Shown: positions 13,381-26,097 of the stretch, piece after piece | Position numbering within the stretch: the stretch's first letter is position 1 | Layout: every line of letters begins with the position of its first letter | Assembly (NCBI GenBank): GCA_951406725.2 | Contig: OX597815.1 | Location: forward strand, 119,474,001-119,538,000 | From: Octopus vulgaris | Taxonomy: Eukaryota | Direction: 5' to 3' | Length of the DNA: 64,000 nucleotides | Translations under genes and position numbers: made by a program | The notes under the pieces: generated by a model | What the model was told of the DNA's origin: nothing | What the model saw: only the letters and a program-made list of their open reading frames with translations | Database searches by the model: none

Positions 13381-14225
13381 AAGGCTTGGGTGGAATTATG
13401 GTTTGGAAAAGAAGCAATGAGTAAAATAGCTGAGTTTGTCAGATTTCTCATTAATAGGCTTTGGCAACAATAACTTGTTAGATTGTATTTATTTTTGCTT
13501 TTATAACTGGTGGAAGGATAACAGATATTAAAAAAAAAAAAAAAAGCAACAATTGTTTCTTTTAGGTGTCATTAAGACAAAGGATTTTAGAGAAGAGAGG
13601 TAATCGAATGCTGTCATGGTCATTTCTCTCTTAGAGACATTAGCTATGTAAACTGAAATGGTTTCAATTAGGATTATAGAAACTGGCTAGCAAACTTAGT
13701 TCACCAAAAGGTTACCATCTCTGTTCAGTATGATTTGCCATTTATCATCATCAGCATTTAATATCCATTTTCCTTGTTGTCATGGGTTGGCTGGTTTGAC
13801 AGGAGCTGGCAAGTCAAAAGACGGCACCAAGCTTGACTGTCGGCTTTGGCATGTTTCCAATGGCTGGATACCCTTCTTAACATCAACCACCTTAGTGTGT
13901 ATTGAGTGCCTTTTAGAGGCACCAGCAGCAGTGAGGTCACCAAATAACTTACAAGACAAGATTCTTCAACTGAGAGAGCAATTAGTATTGAGGGAGGTGG
14001 TTTTGATACATGGCTACTTCAGTAGGAGAGAGAGCAAGGGGGGAAGGATGTAGTGGTGGAAGAAGCTCCACATGTTAGGAAAGATCAAGGGGTATAGTTG
14101 ATCAAATTGACCTGAGTACATTACTGGTACATAACCCCAAAACAACAGTAGTTTGTCATGCTGCTTCTCTCTGTTGTAATCATGAAAACTTACAGGCATG
14201 TATAAACAGACTGCAATAATAATAA

Positions 14226-15318
14226 TTTCGAATTCCAGCACGAGACCAGCTATTTTAGAAGGAAGTCAATTACATCAAATCCCAGGGTTCAACTGGTACT
14301 TATTTAATCGTCCCCAAAAGAATGAAAGGCCAGGGTGACCTTGGTGGAATTTGAACTCTGAACGTGCCTGGCATGCTAACAATTCTGCCAGCTCACCACC
14401 TTAATAATAGAAATAATAACAAGAGCACCCAGAGAGCGCAAACCTCCGCCAAAGCAACACCAATGTCCTCTCAACGATTAGCCAGAGATGATTTTTAAAA
14501 TAAGAATATCTGAAATAAACTCGAATGCTCTCACAAACAAGAATACTAAAAATGAACCAGACCACTCTCAAAAATTAAGTAAAAGAAAAAAACCGGAAAA
14601 ATAATCCAGAATCCTTGTCCAGTACCAGATCAATCCCAAAATCTAATCAGTTCATGCTAGTTATGAGGCCAAACATCCCTGAAAGTTTCATCCAAATCCA
14701 TCTGGTGGTTCTTGAGATATCTTGATGACTGAAAACACCTCCGCTTTCACTAAGGCGAAGGTAATAATCCTTTCTACTATAGGCACAAGGCCTGAAATTT
14801 GGGGGAAAGGGATAGTTGATTACATTGACCCCTGTGTTTCACTGGTACTTAATTTTATCATTAACCCCGAAAGGATGAAAAGCAAAGACAACCATAACAG
14901 AATTTGAAAATAGTAATAATAATAAGAACCAAAACTTCTTTATGAAGCAAAAATACATTTTGTCATGGGTATGAGATGTTTGGATTGCACCTCAATGTTT
15001 GCATCCTTGATAGAATCTGATCCCAGAAGGTAAAAAGCAAAATTCCACTAAGAATTTTGTCCAACATGATAATGTTTCTGCCAGATTGCCCTCTTAAAAA
15101 TAATTCTCTCTGTAATAGATGCAGGGCCTGAAATTTTCAGGAAGTGGGGTTAGTCAATTACACCAATCCCAATGATCAATTGGTACTTTATTTTATCAAC
15201 TTTAAAAGAATAAAACGTAAAGTCAACCTTGGCAGAATTTGAACTGAGAACATAAAGTCTGAAGAGATGCTACTTAGGATTTTGCCTGGCACGCTAACAA
15301 TTCTCCCAACTTGCTGCC

Positions 15319-15370
<52 letters not shown>

Positions 15371-15801
15371 TAATAATAATTATTATTATTATTTCCAATT
15401 TTTGCCACAAGGGCAGCTTGGGTGAGGTGGGGATGAGTTGATTACATTAACCCTGAAAGGATGAAAGGCAAAGTTAATCTCAACAGAATTTGAACTCGGG
15501 ATGTAGTGATGGGCAGAATACCGCTAAGCATTTCACCCAGTGTGAATGATTCTGCCAGCTCGCAGCCTTTAATAACAATAGTAATAATCCTTTCTACAGT
15601 AAGCACAAGGCTTTAAATTTGAGGGAGGGGGGATAGTCGATTACATTGACCCCAGTACTCAACTGGTACTTATTTCCTAGACCCCGAAAGGATAACAGGC
15701 AAAGTCAACCTCAGAGGAATTTGAACTCAAAACACAAGGACGAACGAAATGCTGCTAAGCGTTTTGTCCGGCAAACTAACAATTCTGCCAGCTCACCATC
15801 C
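14226..15801 (-). mobile_element. Stack of ~6 same-orientation tRNA-derived SINEs (family A, head ggcggcgagctggcagaa), separated by (AAT)n
   Basis: Copies at ~14226-14400, 14767-14907, 14925-15095 (degraded), 15104-15320, 15393-15568, 15588-15801. Most carry a B-box (gagttcaaattc) and the central gcctttcatcctttcggggtc..ataagtacc block, which resembles the Meta/MESC SINE domain from memory. Confidence 0.85.
14418..14764 (-). mobile_element. HINE/DINE-1-like (Helentron-associated) non-autonomous element
   Basis: Minus strand starts ttaccttcgcc..aagcggaggt (subterminal repeat plus nearby inverted copy) and ends ggcggaggtttgcgctctctgggtgctcttgtt (3' sub-TIR plus short stem-loop), inserted in T-rich sequence. 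Confidence 0.6.
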
Positions 15802-16799
15802 TAATAATAATAATAATGAGGACCACAACAAGTGAACATGAAAAATAACCAAAAAACCAGAGGAAAATAACAGCAATTGAAAAATGAAGCAACTTTAGTA
15901 AACAGCAGGTGAAACACTGATTATAGAACTAATATCCCTCTAAGCAACATATTTTAACAGTAACTTCACAATAATGTACATCAACATACACTAACAGTAA
16001 TCATATTAGTCTTAGACATGATGTAGACTATATATTCTCCAACAATATAAACATTTTACGGACTTAGATATTTTATTTGAAACTAAATAAAAATAGATTC
16101 TAAAAACATAAGAAATAGAAAAGAAATAACAGGTTAATATGGAACACAACTAAATTACTGGAAGGTAAGTGATGTCAATTAAAATGCTGGGATCTGCAAA
16201 GCAAAGTTCCAGCAGCAATCATTTCGGGTGGCAGTTAAGATAAAAGCTCCTGGAAGGAAGGAAAATCCTTGTAAAAAAAAATGGAGTCAGCTAACGTCAA
16301 TCATTAATTGTGGATTTAAAAAATGGTGCAAGTGAAAATATCACATTTGACCAAGTCTGAAGGGAGACAAGAACAACCTTGTGATAATGCTGACTGACAG
16401 ACAAAGCAATGTATACAATAGAAGTGTTTCTCAACTCTTTTTGTTCCAGAGCTCACCATAAATGAACTGAACACAGTCATGATTTAATGTCTGTTTTCCA
16501 TGTTAACAGGAGTTGGACAGTTTGACAGGAGCCGGCGAGACAAAGGACTGTGCCAAGCTCCAATGTCTGCTTTGGAATGTTTTCTGGCTGGATGCCCTTC
16601 CAAACATCAACCACATTATAGAGTGTACTGGGTGATACACACACACACACACAAAAGAAGCTTTAATTAATATTTCATTGCAAGTTTTTATTTACTTATT
16701 ACCAATGCACCATTAGTAGAGCATGTATATCACCTTGAGAGACAGTTATATAGAGTATAAAATAAAATGGTATATATATATATATATATATATGCATAC

Positions 16800-19700
16800 A
16801 TACATGGTAAAATGATTGGAGTTAGAGAGCCATTAAATGTTCTATACAAGGCTAATTATAAGGAAAAGGAGATCTTAGGACAACACTAGATTTACAAGAA
16901 AAAATCATGTTCATATAATTAAGACAGCCATCAAATGACACAAATGTAGATGCAAGAACAAAAAATTCCCAGCAAAATCAAGCTCCAGATTTAGACAAAA
17001 CAAGTGAATCATTAAATACACCGGATAATTTTTTAAATATTGACAACCATATTGAGATTGGCATAGAGACATCAGAAACAAGAGGAGGAGGAACTAGAAA
17101 ATTAGGGTAAATATAACAAAGAGAAACCTGCAGGGACTGCTTAGCCTCCAATACATTAACTCTCAAGGCCGACACACTTTCTAACACAGAGTATCACAAA
17201 TACTAAGTGGATGATTTGAATTTTGGTTTGCCTTGCTGAGTAGAGTGATGTGAAACAGGAAAGAATGAAATTTGGCAAGGTGGAAGAGAAGACTGGAAAA
17301 TGTCATAAAAATACTTTGGAAAATCTTAATAGAAGTGAGTGATGGTATGAGTTTGGTAGGGGTTTAAAAGTATGCTGAATAATGTACATTATAAGAGGCA
17401 AAATATAACAACAAATAGAAAAGGTTTTCCTACTTGCAATGGAAGAAATCAAGCTGTGACTGATAGCTGAAGTCAACAAGGTGATGAAATATTCTAAGAG
17501 AATAATACAGTTCGAACTGAGTAGATTGTTCTCTTCACGCAGTTGATAACATTTAACTGCAGCAGATTGAATTGTTTCAGTTAACTATTACCCTCCCTTA
17601 TAGAAATCAGCCATCTTGGCCAAAAATACATTTCTGTAATATATATTCTTAAAATCAATTCTTCAGGATATTGTTTCTTCAAATGAGCTCAGTGCTCTGG
17701 TTAGAGTTATGGGGAAACAACAATAATGCATGATGGATAAAGTCTGTCAAAAGACAAGTGAGTACACTCTAGCAAGAAGAGTAAAAGATATATCTAAATG
17801 GAAAGTTCATGGATCTGGTGGTATACAAAGGTATTAGATGAAATATTTCATCTTCAGATGGTTTTTGCAAACAAACATAGTGTGAATGGAAACTAAGTGC
17901 CTAATAGAACTACTCTACAGAAAAGAACCACTCTGATAATGAAGAATGTACGTAAAGAACATATAACTGGCAATTAGCAACTCAAAATGTATGAATTGCT
18001 TTATGGAAAAATTTGTAGTTAAAACATTAGTCCATCCTTTAATTGGCACAGTTGTGATGAGAAATATATGACTAACAAAGCTATAGACTGGGATTGACTC
18101 TTAAGAAAGCATGATATATAATTCCATACTCCTGGATTACAGACAACCTCAAAATGCTTGGCATTACCAACAATTCAGTTATCAAGATGGTGTTTAACCC
18201 CAGGTCAACTCTGATTGAACAGACCAATGATCAAAAAGCATTCTTGATGTGACCATCTTATTTATTAAGGCTACATTATCTAATATATCCTACAGTTGGT
18301 TTTTCTTTTGAAGACAGCAGTGTGCGATTCAAGAGACTTGGTTGCTATTTCTAGCAGCCAAATTGACTCAACATCATAAAGTATGTCATGGTGGCGGCAG
18401 ATAATGAGTACATTGGATCTGTCAAAGAGAGTCATAACGTCACAGTGAAACTGCTTTTCTCCTCATTTGCCTTAATTCCATTATCAATGACTTTATATGA
18501 TAGTAGAATTGGATATAAACTTTGAAAGGATAGCTCTGAGCTCAGTCACCTTTTGTTCATGAATAATCTTAAGATCTTTGATCAAGATGAAGAACAATCA
18601 AACTCTTATTCAAGCTACTGAAGCCTGCACTGAAGATATTAGAATGGAAACTGACATTAAACAATGTGCTAGGCTAACAATGAAAACATGTAAAATGGTC
18701 ATGAAGTATACACACCCACGAAAACAAATAAGTGATGTTGAGAGGATAGCTTTTATATATACAGAGAAGGTAGGGGGTTAACACTATTTTCAAAACAGAG
18801 TTGAATGCTTGAAGACTTGGTCCATTCAAAAACAGGACTGTGCGATATAATAAAATTATTATTTAGTCAAAAGTAAAATTGAATAGTTAGATAGTATAGA
18901 TGGGGTTACTAGAGTTATCATAGCTAAGTATGGAAGCTGTCTTCATCCATGATTCCTTTTGTAAGACTTCATTGAAATGAGAAGAAAATCTGGAGGGAGT
19001 TTAATAAATGTTAAAAAAAAATGTACAGTGAATAAAAGAAGAAACCTAGATTTATTATATATTTATATATAAAAAATAAAGAAATGTTACATGTGTGTAT
19101 GTGGCACCTGCTGTTGATCTAGACAGAGACATAATGTAGAATATGAAGAACAATTAGAAACAAAAAAAAAAGGGTTTAGAGATAAAAGAAAACATGCCAC
19201 TTCATGGATACTTTCAAAGAGAAACAAAAGTTTTAAGAGAAAGAAATCCTGAAATTGATTATGCAAAGGAGATTTGAAGAAGGAAACACAACTTTCTGGA
19301 AGCAGCTCAAAATCTAACACTCAATGCAAAACTCAGTGAAGAATGGTATTTACTTCTAAGAGACTTTTGTGAAGGAATGCAGTGTAGTGGTTAGGGTGTT
19401 AGACTCACAATCATAAGATTGTGGTTTTGATTCCCAGGCTGGGCGATGCATTGTGTTTTAGAGCAAAATACTTTTATTTCCTGTTGCTCTAGTCCACTCA
19501 ACCTTGAGTGGGAAGTTAATTATGATGGACTAGTGTCCCATCCAGGAGGAACTGTTGTGATCTTAATCACTTATATGCCCTGGAAATCAGGTTCTCCACC
19601 CTTGAGTCCTAGGGCCTATGACAGACATGAGAGACTTTTGCCGAAGTCAGAGGTTACAAAATACTTGAATGCTTGCAAGGAAGTATTAAAAAAGCTACTA

Positions 19701-20220
19701 AGACAGAGTATATTCCAATCACCATTGGAATCTAGGCTGACAATATGGGTTTATGAAGGATACCATCGTGAAATCAAAAGGGCACTAGGATGCAGAATGA
19801 ATGGCAAAAAAAAAGAAAGAGAAAAAGAAAATTCTTGTGATGTTAACATATAAACAGACTGAGTCATACATGAAACACATAAAACCTGATTTGATTGTCA
19901 ATAAAGAAGCAAATGAATGATTGTTTTATTATCAATGGTGCTATACCTGGAGACCATTATATTGCCAAGTATTCAAAAATGTGATAGAGGACGATGAGTG
20001 TGGTACAAATAATAGTTATTTATGGCTCTGAAGCTAATTCTGAAAAAATAGCTTCCCGTCTACTTCAAACAACTATAAATAATAACAAGCAACAAGAGAT
20101 AAACATCAGCATCACTTGGAAATGGTAATGTTCTAAGAGAAATATTTTGAATGATGCATGATGGGAAGAGACATTTGAATTTTCAAGTTGTCAACACCAA
20201 CACTGAACACAGAAATATGA
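16800..20220 (+). mobile_element. Decayed RLE-type non-LTR retrotransposon (R4/Dong-like), interrupted by younger repeats
   Basis: Frameshifted motifs in the correct order: RWKRRLE (~17280); KWKVHGSGG (=NWKxPGxDG); IPYSWI..LKMLGI (=VPHSWI); ALIPLS; SHLLFMNNLKIF (=FMDDLK, ~18545); EDIRME..KQCARL; KGDLKKET..AAQ; degenerate zinc knuckle; KPDLIV..CFII..AIPGD (RLE PD-D); LGxxNVLREIF*. Confidence 0.85.
19370..19629 (+). mobile_element. Family-C-like SINE inserted in the R4/Dong remnant, 11-bp TSD
   Basis: Head gcagtgtagtggttaggg..ggttttgattccc. Direct repeat agagacttttg at 19359-19369 and 19630-19640. Confidence 0.8.
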
Positions 20221-20228
20221 ACCAATAT

Positions 20229-20700
20229 TAAGGTGATGAGCTGGTAGAATCATTATCAGATCAGGTAAAACTCTTATTGATATTTTACCTGTCTTTATGT
20301 TCTGAGTTAAAATTTTGCCAAAGTCAGCCTTTGGCTTTCATCCTTTCAGGGTCAATGTAATTGACTTGTCCCTCCTCTGAACATTTTGGCCTTGTTCCAA
20401 AATTTGAAACCAATATCAAGGACTTTTAACAAAAGCACAAGGTGACACAATTGGTTGAGGGAACAGCTGATATCAACCCCACTATAAGACTGGTTCTCTA
20501 TCTTTATTGACCTGCCAAACACACACACTAAAGGAAGAGGGGTTAGTCAATATCATCCACCCCATACTTGACTGGTACATTATCTTATCAACTCATTAGA
20601 GCTGAAGAGCAAAGCTGATCTTTGTGGGATCTGAACTGAATGTAAAGTGCTGAAACATATGCCACAAAGCATTGCTTCTGATGTTCCAATGTTTTTGTCA
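20229..20700. mobile_element. Family-A SINE (+, 20229-20415) followed by degraded minus-strand copies
   Basis: ggtgatgagctggtagaatc...ctttcatcctttcagggtc...aaatttgaaaccaatat; then reverse fragments. Confidence 0.65.
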
Positions 20701-21091
20701 GCTTGTCAGTCATGAATAACCATGGGTGCACCCAAGAGGTTCCCCAGTGGGTTACAAGTCTGGGCGGAAAGTCACCTTATCGGCAAACACACAACCAAGG
20801 GTTGTTTTTATGGAAGACCAGCAGTCACCCATGGTTACCAACCTCCCTTCTCCATGCCACCGATGTTATCCCAGGGAAAGGCAAAGGCTGATACAACTTG
20901 GCACCAGTGATGTAACAGCTCATTTCAACAGCTGAGTGAAATGGAGCAACGTGAAATAGTGTCTTGCTCAAGAACACAACATGCAGCCTGGTCCGGGAAT
21001 CGAACTCACAACCTCACAATCGTAAGCTCAACACTCTAACCACTGAGCCATGTGCCTTCACATGCTTAGTAGCTTAAATAATAATAATAAA

Positions 21092-21600
21092 TGCCCTGAT
21101 GCAGTAGCAGGCAATGGCTCTTGTGGCTTTTGATCTTAAATGATTGGAAGTGCTACCATGTACATGTTTTGTTTTGGAATTAAAAAATGGGCTACAACAA
21201 ATATTCTGATTTGCTTGTCAGTCTTAACCTTAACGAGTTGAGCATGTTCCTTAGTGGTTGACAATATGTGCATCTCTGATTAAGCAGAAGTAATGGGAGA
21301 GCATCATAACCCATGTGTTGCGAAGAATTCTTTGGGATTTGAATAATTAACCTCTGAAAAGATGGGTATTTTGTTCATCATCCTTAAAGCTTATTCAGGG
21401 ACCTTTTGAGTGGGATGGGCTACTCGACCTGAAGAAAATTCTAACTGGACCACATCTGCAAAGCCATGTGCTTTTTTTTATCTTCATTTGGATTACCATG
21501 TCATGCACATATAGTTGTGATGCATGTGCTAGGTGTACCCTTATCAAATAAGTAGTCATGGGCTTTGTGTAACTTAATAGCATGTGCTGCTCTCTCATAC
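21092..21600. mobile_element. Unclassified ~510-bp repeat bounded by (AAT)n on both sides
   Basis: atgccctgatgcag...ctctctcatac lies between (aat)n at 21078-21091 and 21601-21612; composition distinct from flanks; no tRNA head seen. Confidence 0.5.
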
Positions 21601-21612
21601 AATAATAATAAT

Positions 21613-22090
21613 GGATTCAAATTTTGGCACAAGGCCAGCAATTTCAAAGGAGTGGGTAAGTTAATTATATCATTTTATACTTATTTTATCAACCCTGAAA
21701 GGATTTGAAAGGCAAAGTTGACCTCTGTAGAATTTGAACTCAGAACTTAAAGATGGACAAAATGTTGCTAAGCATTTTGTCTGCCAAGCTAATGATTCTA
21801 CCAGCTTGCCACCTTAATAATAATAATCCTTTCTTCTATAGCCCCCATGGCCTGAAATTTTTGATGTAACTAGTCAGTTACATCAACCCTGCTGCTCAGT
21901 TACTTCATTGAATCAACCCCAAAAGGATGAAAAACGAAGCTGACCTCGGTGGAATTTGAACTCAGAACAGAAGGCCAGAAGAAATGCCACAAAGTATTTT
22001 GTCTGGTATGCTAATAATTCAGCCAGCTCTATGCAGCATTAAGCATAAGGCTTGAAATTTTGAGGTGATGGCAAATTGATTATATCAATC
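21613..22090 (-). mobile_element. Second stack of family-A SINEs, the first two bounded by (AAT)n
   Basis: Copies at ~21613-21815 and 21828-22030 plus a 3' fragment to ~22090; same motifs as 14226-15801. Confidence 0.8.
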
Positions 22091-22099
22091 CTGATAGTT

Positions 22100-24214
22100 T
22101 TTTTAATAAATTCATTTTAAATCTATGGAATTAAGAACATAAGGAAAAAAAAAAGTGTTGGAGGAGTAATTGAATGCAGAGAACACGTAGTTTGGCAAAG
22201 TTCTAAGATTCAAAGAATACAGAGATGTACAGCAGTTGGGAACTAAGACAAGGAATAACTACAGTTACTGGTTCCGCTATGTAATAATTATTTGGGAAAA
22301 ACTGAAACAAAGGGTAAAACAAAAAAAAAAAAACAATAAAAATAAAACAAAAGCATTCAATGAGACAATGAAGAGTTTTGGCAGGTTCTCATAAAACAAG
22401 GGTCGGAATGGGGATGTTCCTTTTATTTTTCACATTCAATAAAATTTTTAAAGTATGTTTATGTTGATGCATGTGTGTGCATATATATGTACATGCACAC
22501 ACATACACAGATTTTGTTTACATGTTTAAAAAAAAAACAAACAAAAGTTTTTTCTCTTTAAAATCTATTTTTCTTGAATGTATTTGAAAAAATTAATTTC
22601 TTTGTTAAACGTTATATTATGTTTTTCTCTGTTATATAGAATATAGAAGCCAAAATGATTGTGTGGTGAGGAGGGGAGTAGAGACTAATGAGGAATAAAT
22701 AGGGAAATGGTGAAAGAAGGGACAGTATGTGAGAGCGAAGGGGGGAGTGAGAGAAAGAGAGAGAAAGAAAAGAATGAATAGGAGTAAAAAAAAGGTAAGA
22801 AAGGCAAAAGTAAGTGTGAATAGAGAGCTGTCACACATGGATGCATGAATATACATACATGAGCATGCATGTATATACAAATGAGAATGTATGCATGCAG
22901 GCGTGCGCACACACACACACACACATGCACAAAAAGTGTTTGGGAAAAGGGTTGAACGGATTGTTTAGATGTATATGAGGAATTCCATTGATATGATGGG
23001 AACTGTGATTGGTCAAAGGATGAGGTGATTGTGAATGGCAATGATATGGAGTCCAGGATTGTTTATCTTGGAGCTTATGGTGCTATAAACAAACTGGTTT
23101 GGGAGATTGGAAAGGGAAGGACAGGACAAAGTGTGTGTGTGTGTGTGTAAAGTGGGCTGGTGGATCAGGGAAGTAGAGGCGGAACAGGGAGCGTATAAGA
23201 GTTGGTGGAGAGGGGACAAGAGAGATGGAAGGACAGAGAAAGGGAGCAAGAGAAAGATTAAAGGTAGGGATAGGGAAATTGATAGAAAGAGAAGACATGG
23301 AATGAGAATGATTGAGAGACAAAAGTAAAGTAAGAGGGATGTTAACTACAGCATCAGACAGGCTGATGGGATATTACACAATCCATAAATTATGAAATGT
23401 AAACAATTTTGCAACTATGCCTCATTTTTATTTCTATCCTCCTCCTTTTTACACAAACTGTAATTGTCAGATCGCAAACCAATTCCTCTCATCACAACCC
23501 TTTCTCGATAGTGACTGGCATAATTTTTACCTACTCTAAGAGAGAGAGAGAGAGAGAATAAGGAGGTAGGGGGGCATTAATGAGATTCTGATTGTGAAGC
23601 TATAAAATAAAAATAGAAATAAGACAGATGAATGCAGGAGCGTCGAGAACATGGGTGAGAATGTGTGCATGAGTATTATTGAGAGAAAGAATGAATGAAA
23701 AGAGGAGGAGCAATTTCCATCCACATTCACAGCATTATGGAGTTTTATGATTTTGTTTACCACATGTGAGTACAGAACTATGGCGTTATATGTGTGTGTG
23801 ACGTATTTGTTGTAAAATATTTCAATGAAAGTTAAATGGTCTTAACAGTAAATTCTAACTTCAGCAGTTTATTCAGAGTCTTTCAATCAGTCAGCTACTC
23901 ATTTTAGTGATTATTGTTTTTTTTTTTTTTATTCACTCAGAGTAGATCTTTAACTATTGACTCAGTCTCAACAAACCCCCATTCCCACATCTGATATCAT
24001 ATATTTTAATCAATATAATTATATTTTATTTGTCCTCAAAGAATAACAATTTCATTTTTGTTTAAAATCTGTTTTTGTCTTTATATTTATTTTCATTTTT
24101 CTTCCAGCATTTTATACCTTTTATTTTACACATCTTTACAATAAAACTTTGTCCTTTCAAAGAATCTTTAAACAGTCTCTTTTTAAGGCAACTATGGAAC
24201 TTTCTATGCCTTTA
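22100..24214 (-). other. CSRNP: Probable CSRNP 3' UTR (end not defined)
   Basis: About 2 kb directly after the stop codon with no recognisable interspersed repeat; pyrimidine-rich on the sense strand; several AATAAA (plus-strand tttatt) candidates. Confidence 0.45.
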
Positions 24215-26097
24215 TTAAGCAGAAACAGTTTCAACTATTGATTCTTTTATGATTTCCCCAAAGTTTTGACCTCCAGAGTCACTATGCTGAAAACATGAAG
24301 AGTCCTTGTTGGTTTTGAAAGTAGAACAACTATTATCTTGGAATGCACTAGAGCAACTATCCTGCTCAGAAAACAGCTGCATATCTTCTGTACTAGATGG
24401 CACCGATGTTGGGTTGCCATTGGACGATGTTAGTAAACTGGAATCTGAGTTAGATGGATAGAAAGACATGAGAGACTGTTCAGACGTGATTCCAGGTGAT
24501 GCCCCTGTATGAGATTCATCTATACTATAGCCATTGTAAGCCCCATTAGAATGGTTGTGCATGTTACGTAGTTTTGACATATTTTGCCCTTGGTGGTGGT
24601 TGAATTCAGAATGGTGGTTGTTGTAATTGTTCATATGTGAGGAGATAGCTGGACAGTTAGTGGCCAGTTGATCGGTTGTAGTGTCAGTCAATGATGCGTA
24701 TATGGAAATGGGTTCATCAAAGAAAGGAGTTGGGTTTATAGAACGTGATTGGTCATCTGACCAACTATTAGCAGACTGACTTGACGGTTGTGTTGACTGG
24801 CTGTCAAATGTGTGACTGTTTAATGGGTTCATCAGATGTGACACAGGTTCCAGTTTGTAGACTGAAGAAGCAGATGTCGAATTATTCAATTGAATATATT
24901 TATTAGTCTCTCCATTATGAAGATTACCATTGAGTGTGAAGTGTTGTTGGTGACAATGTAGTTTGCTATTGGTGTTGATATTGTTATTAAGATGGCGTTG
25001 GTGTTGTTGATGCTGAATTTGCTGCTGCTGTTGTTGGTGGCAATGGGAATTGTCATTAATCCCATTTGAGCCACTAGCACAATACTCTTGGTTAGTTTCC
25101 TCATCAAAAGAGGACAAGCTTTGATAAGTTTTTTGATAATCATTGCCATCAAAGTTGACACTGCTTTCGCTCGAGCACTCACTGGTTTCGGAATATGAAC
25201 TATCGTCTTGTTTAAAGCCATACAAAGAAGCATTTTCTGTATTATACATCTCATCATCACTATCATTAAATAGCAGAACACGAGGAAGAGCATCAACATG
25301 GCCATTGGCTTGTAAACTCTCCAGATCTTTATACTGATGTTGATGGTTAAAATGTTGGACAGCATTCTGCTGATGGTGCTCTGCCTCCATTGATGCGTAC
25401 TGGGCTTCATGCATCATCACCTGACAAACCTCTGAATTTTGGCAGTCACGACAGCTGCCTCGTTCGTTGCTATTAAATTCTGTCAAGTCAATATTGGTAT
25501 TTTTGATATCACTACTATCTTCTGAGTTAGATTTAGGTGTAAGGACCGGATGCAATTCTTTTTCCTTGTTTTCCAGCTCAATCCGCATTAACGTGTGAAT
25601 AAAGTGAGTCTGAACCCGTATCGGGTTGAATTCAATTCGACCGGCAATATTCCCACAGGCATCCTTACTACAGCCACAAGGGAAAGAGAGCCGGTCAACT
25701 TGACACTTGATCCCAGCTAAACTACAAGAACAGGTTTCTGGATCACAAAACACTTTACATTGACAGCCACAGATTTCACGTGATTGCCGAATTTGTCGGC
25801 ATTCATCTCTTTCTTGGCTGTTAATCTTACGTACACCAGCTGCTCGAAGCATTAGCCGGCGCTGGCGGATTGGTACTGGTTGCAAGAAAAAATACTCATC
25901 AACTTCAATGTCACTTTCAGACTCTGAAGCTGAGTCACTATCCTCTTCAACGGATCGCAAAAAAGCAACACGACTTGGGGGAATAATTTTACCATTCTGC
26001 TGCTGTTCTTTGAGTATCAACTTGTGAATTCGTTTTTGTTCTTTGGCATAACCAGGTAGAGTAAAGTCTTCCACATAAGAATGATTACCAGACATAC
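24215..26097 (-). CDS. CSRNP: CSRNP terminal coding exon: Cys-rich CSRNP_N domain plus low-complexity Q/H/N/S-rich C-terminus
   Basis: 626-aa ORF containing [70 protein letters not shown], diagnostic of CSRNP1-3/Drosophila Axud1. Acceptor ttgttttctaag|GT completes GGSTLG-M. Spliced CDS 154+114+1883 = 2151 nt = 716 aa. Confidence 0.96.

Noticed and set aside
20990-21061. tRNA gene-like A/B boxes (also 19370, 26455, 29400, 40860)
   Set aside because: They are SINE heads continuing into SINE bodies; no complete cloverleaf or terminator.
22480-23860. Pumilio and AU-rich motifs in the putative 3' UTR
   Set aside because: Few occurrences, inside (TA/CA) low-complexity DNA, as expected by chance.
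24886-25410. 174-aa alternative-frame ORF and 64-aa antisense ORF within the CSRNP exon
   Set aside because: Shadow frames of a biased-composition coding exon; no recognisable domain.
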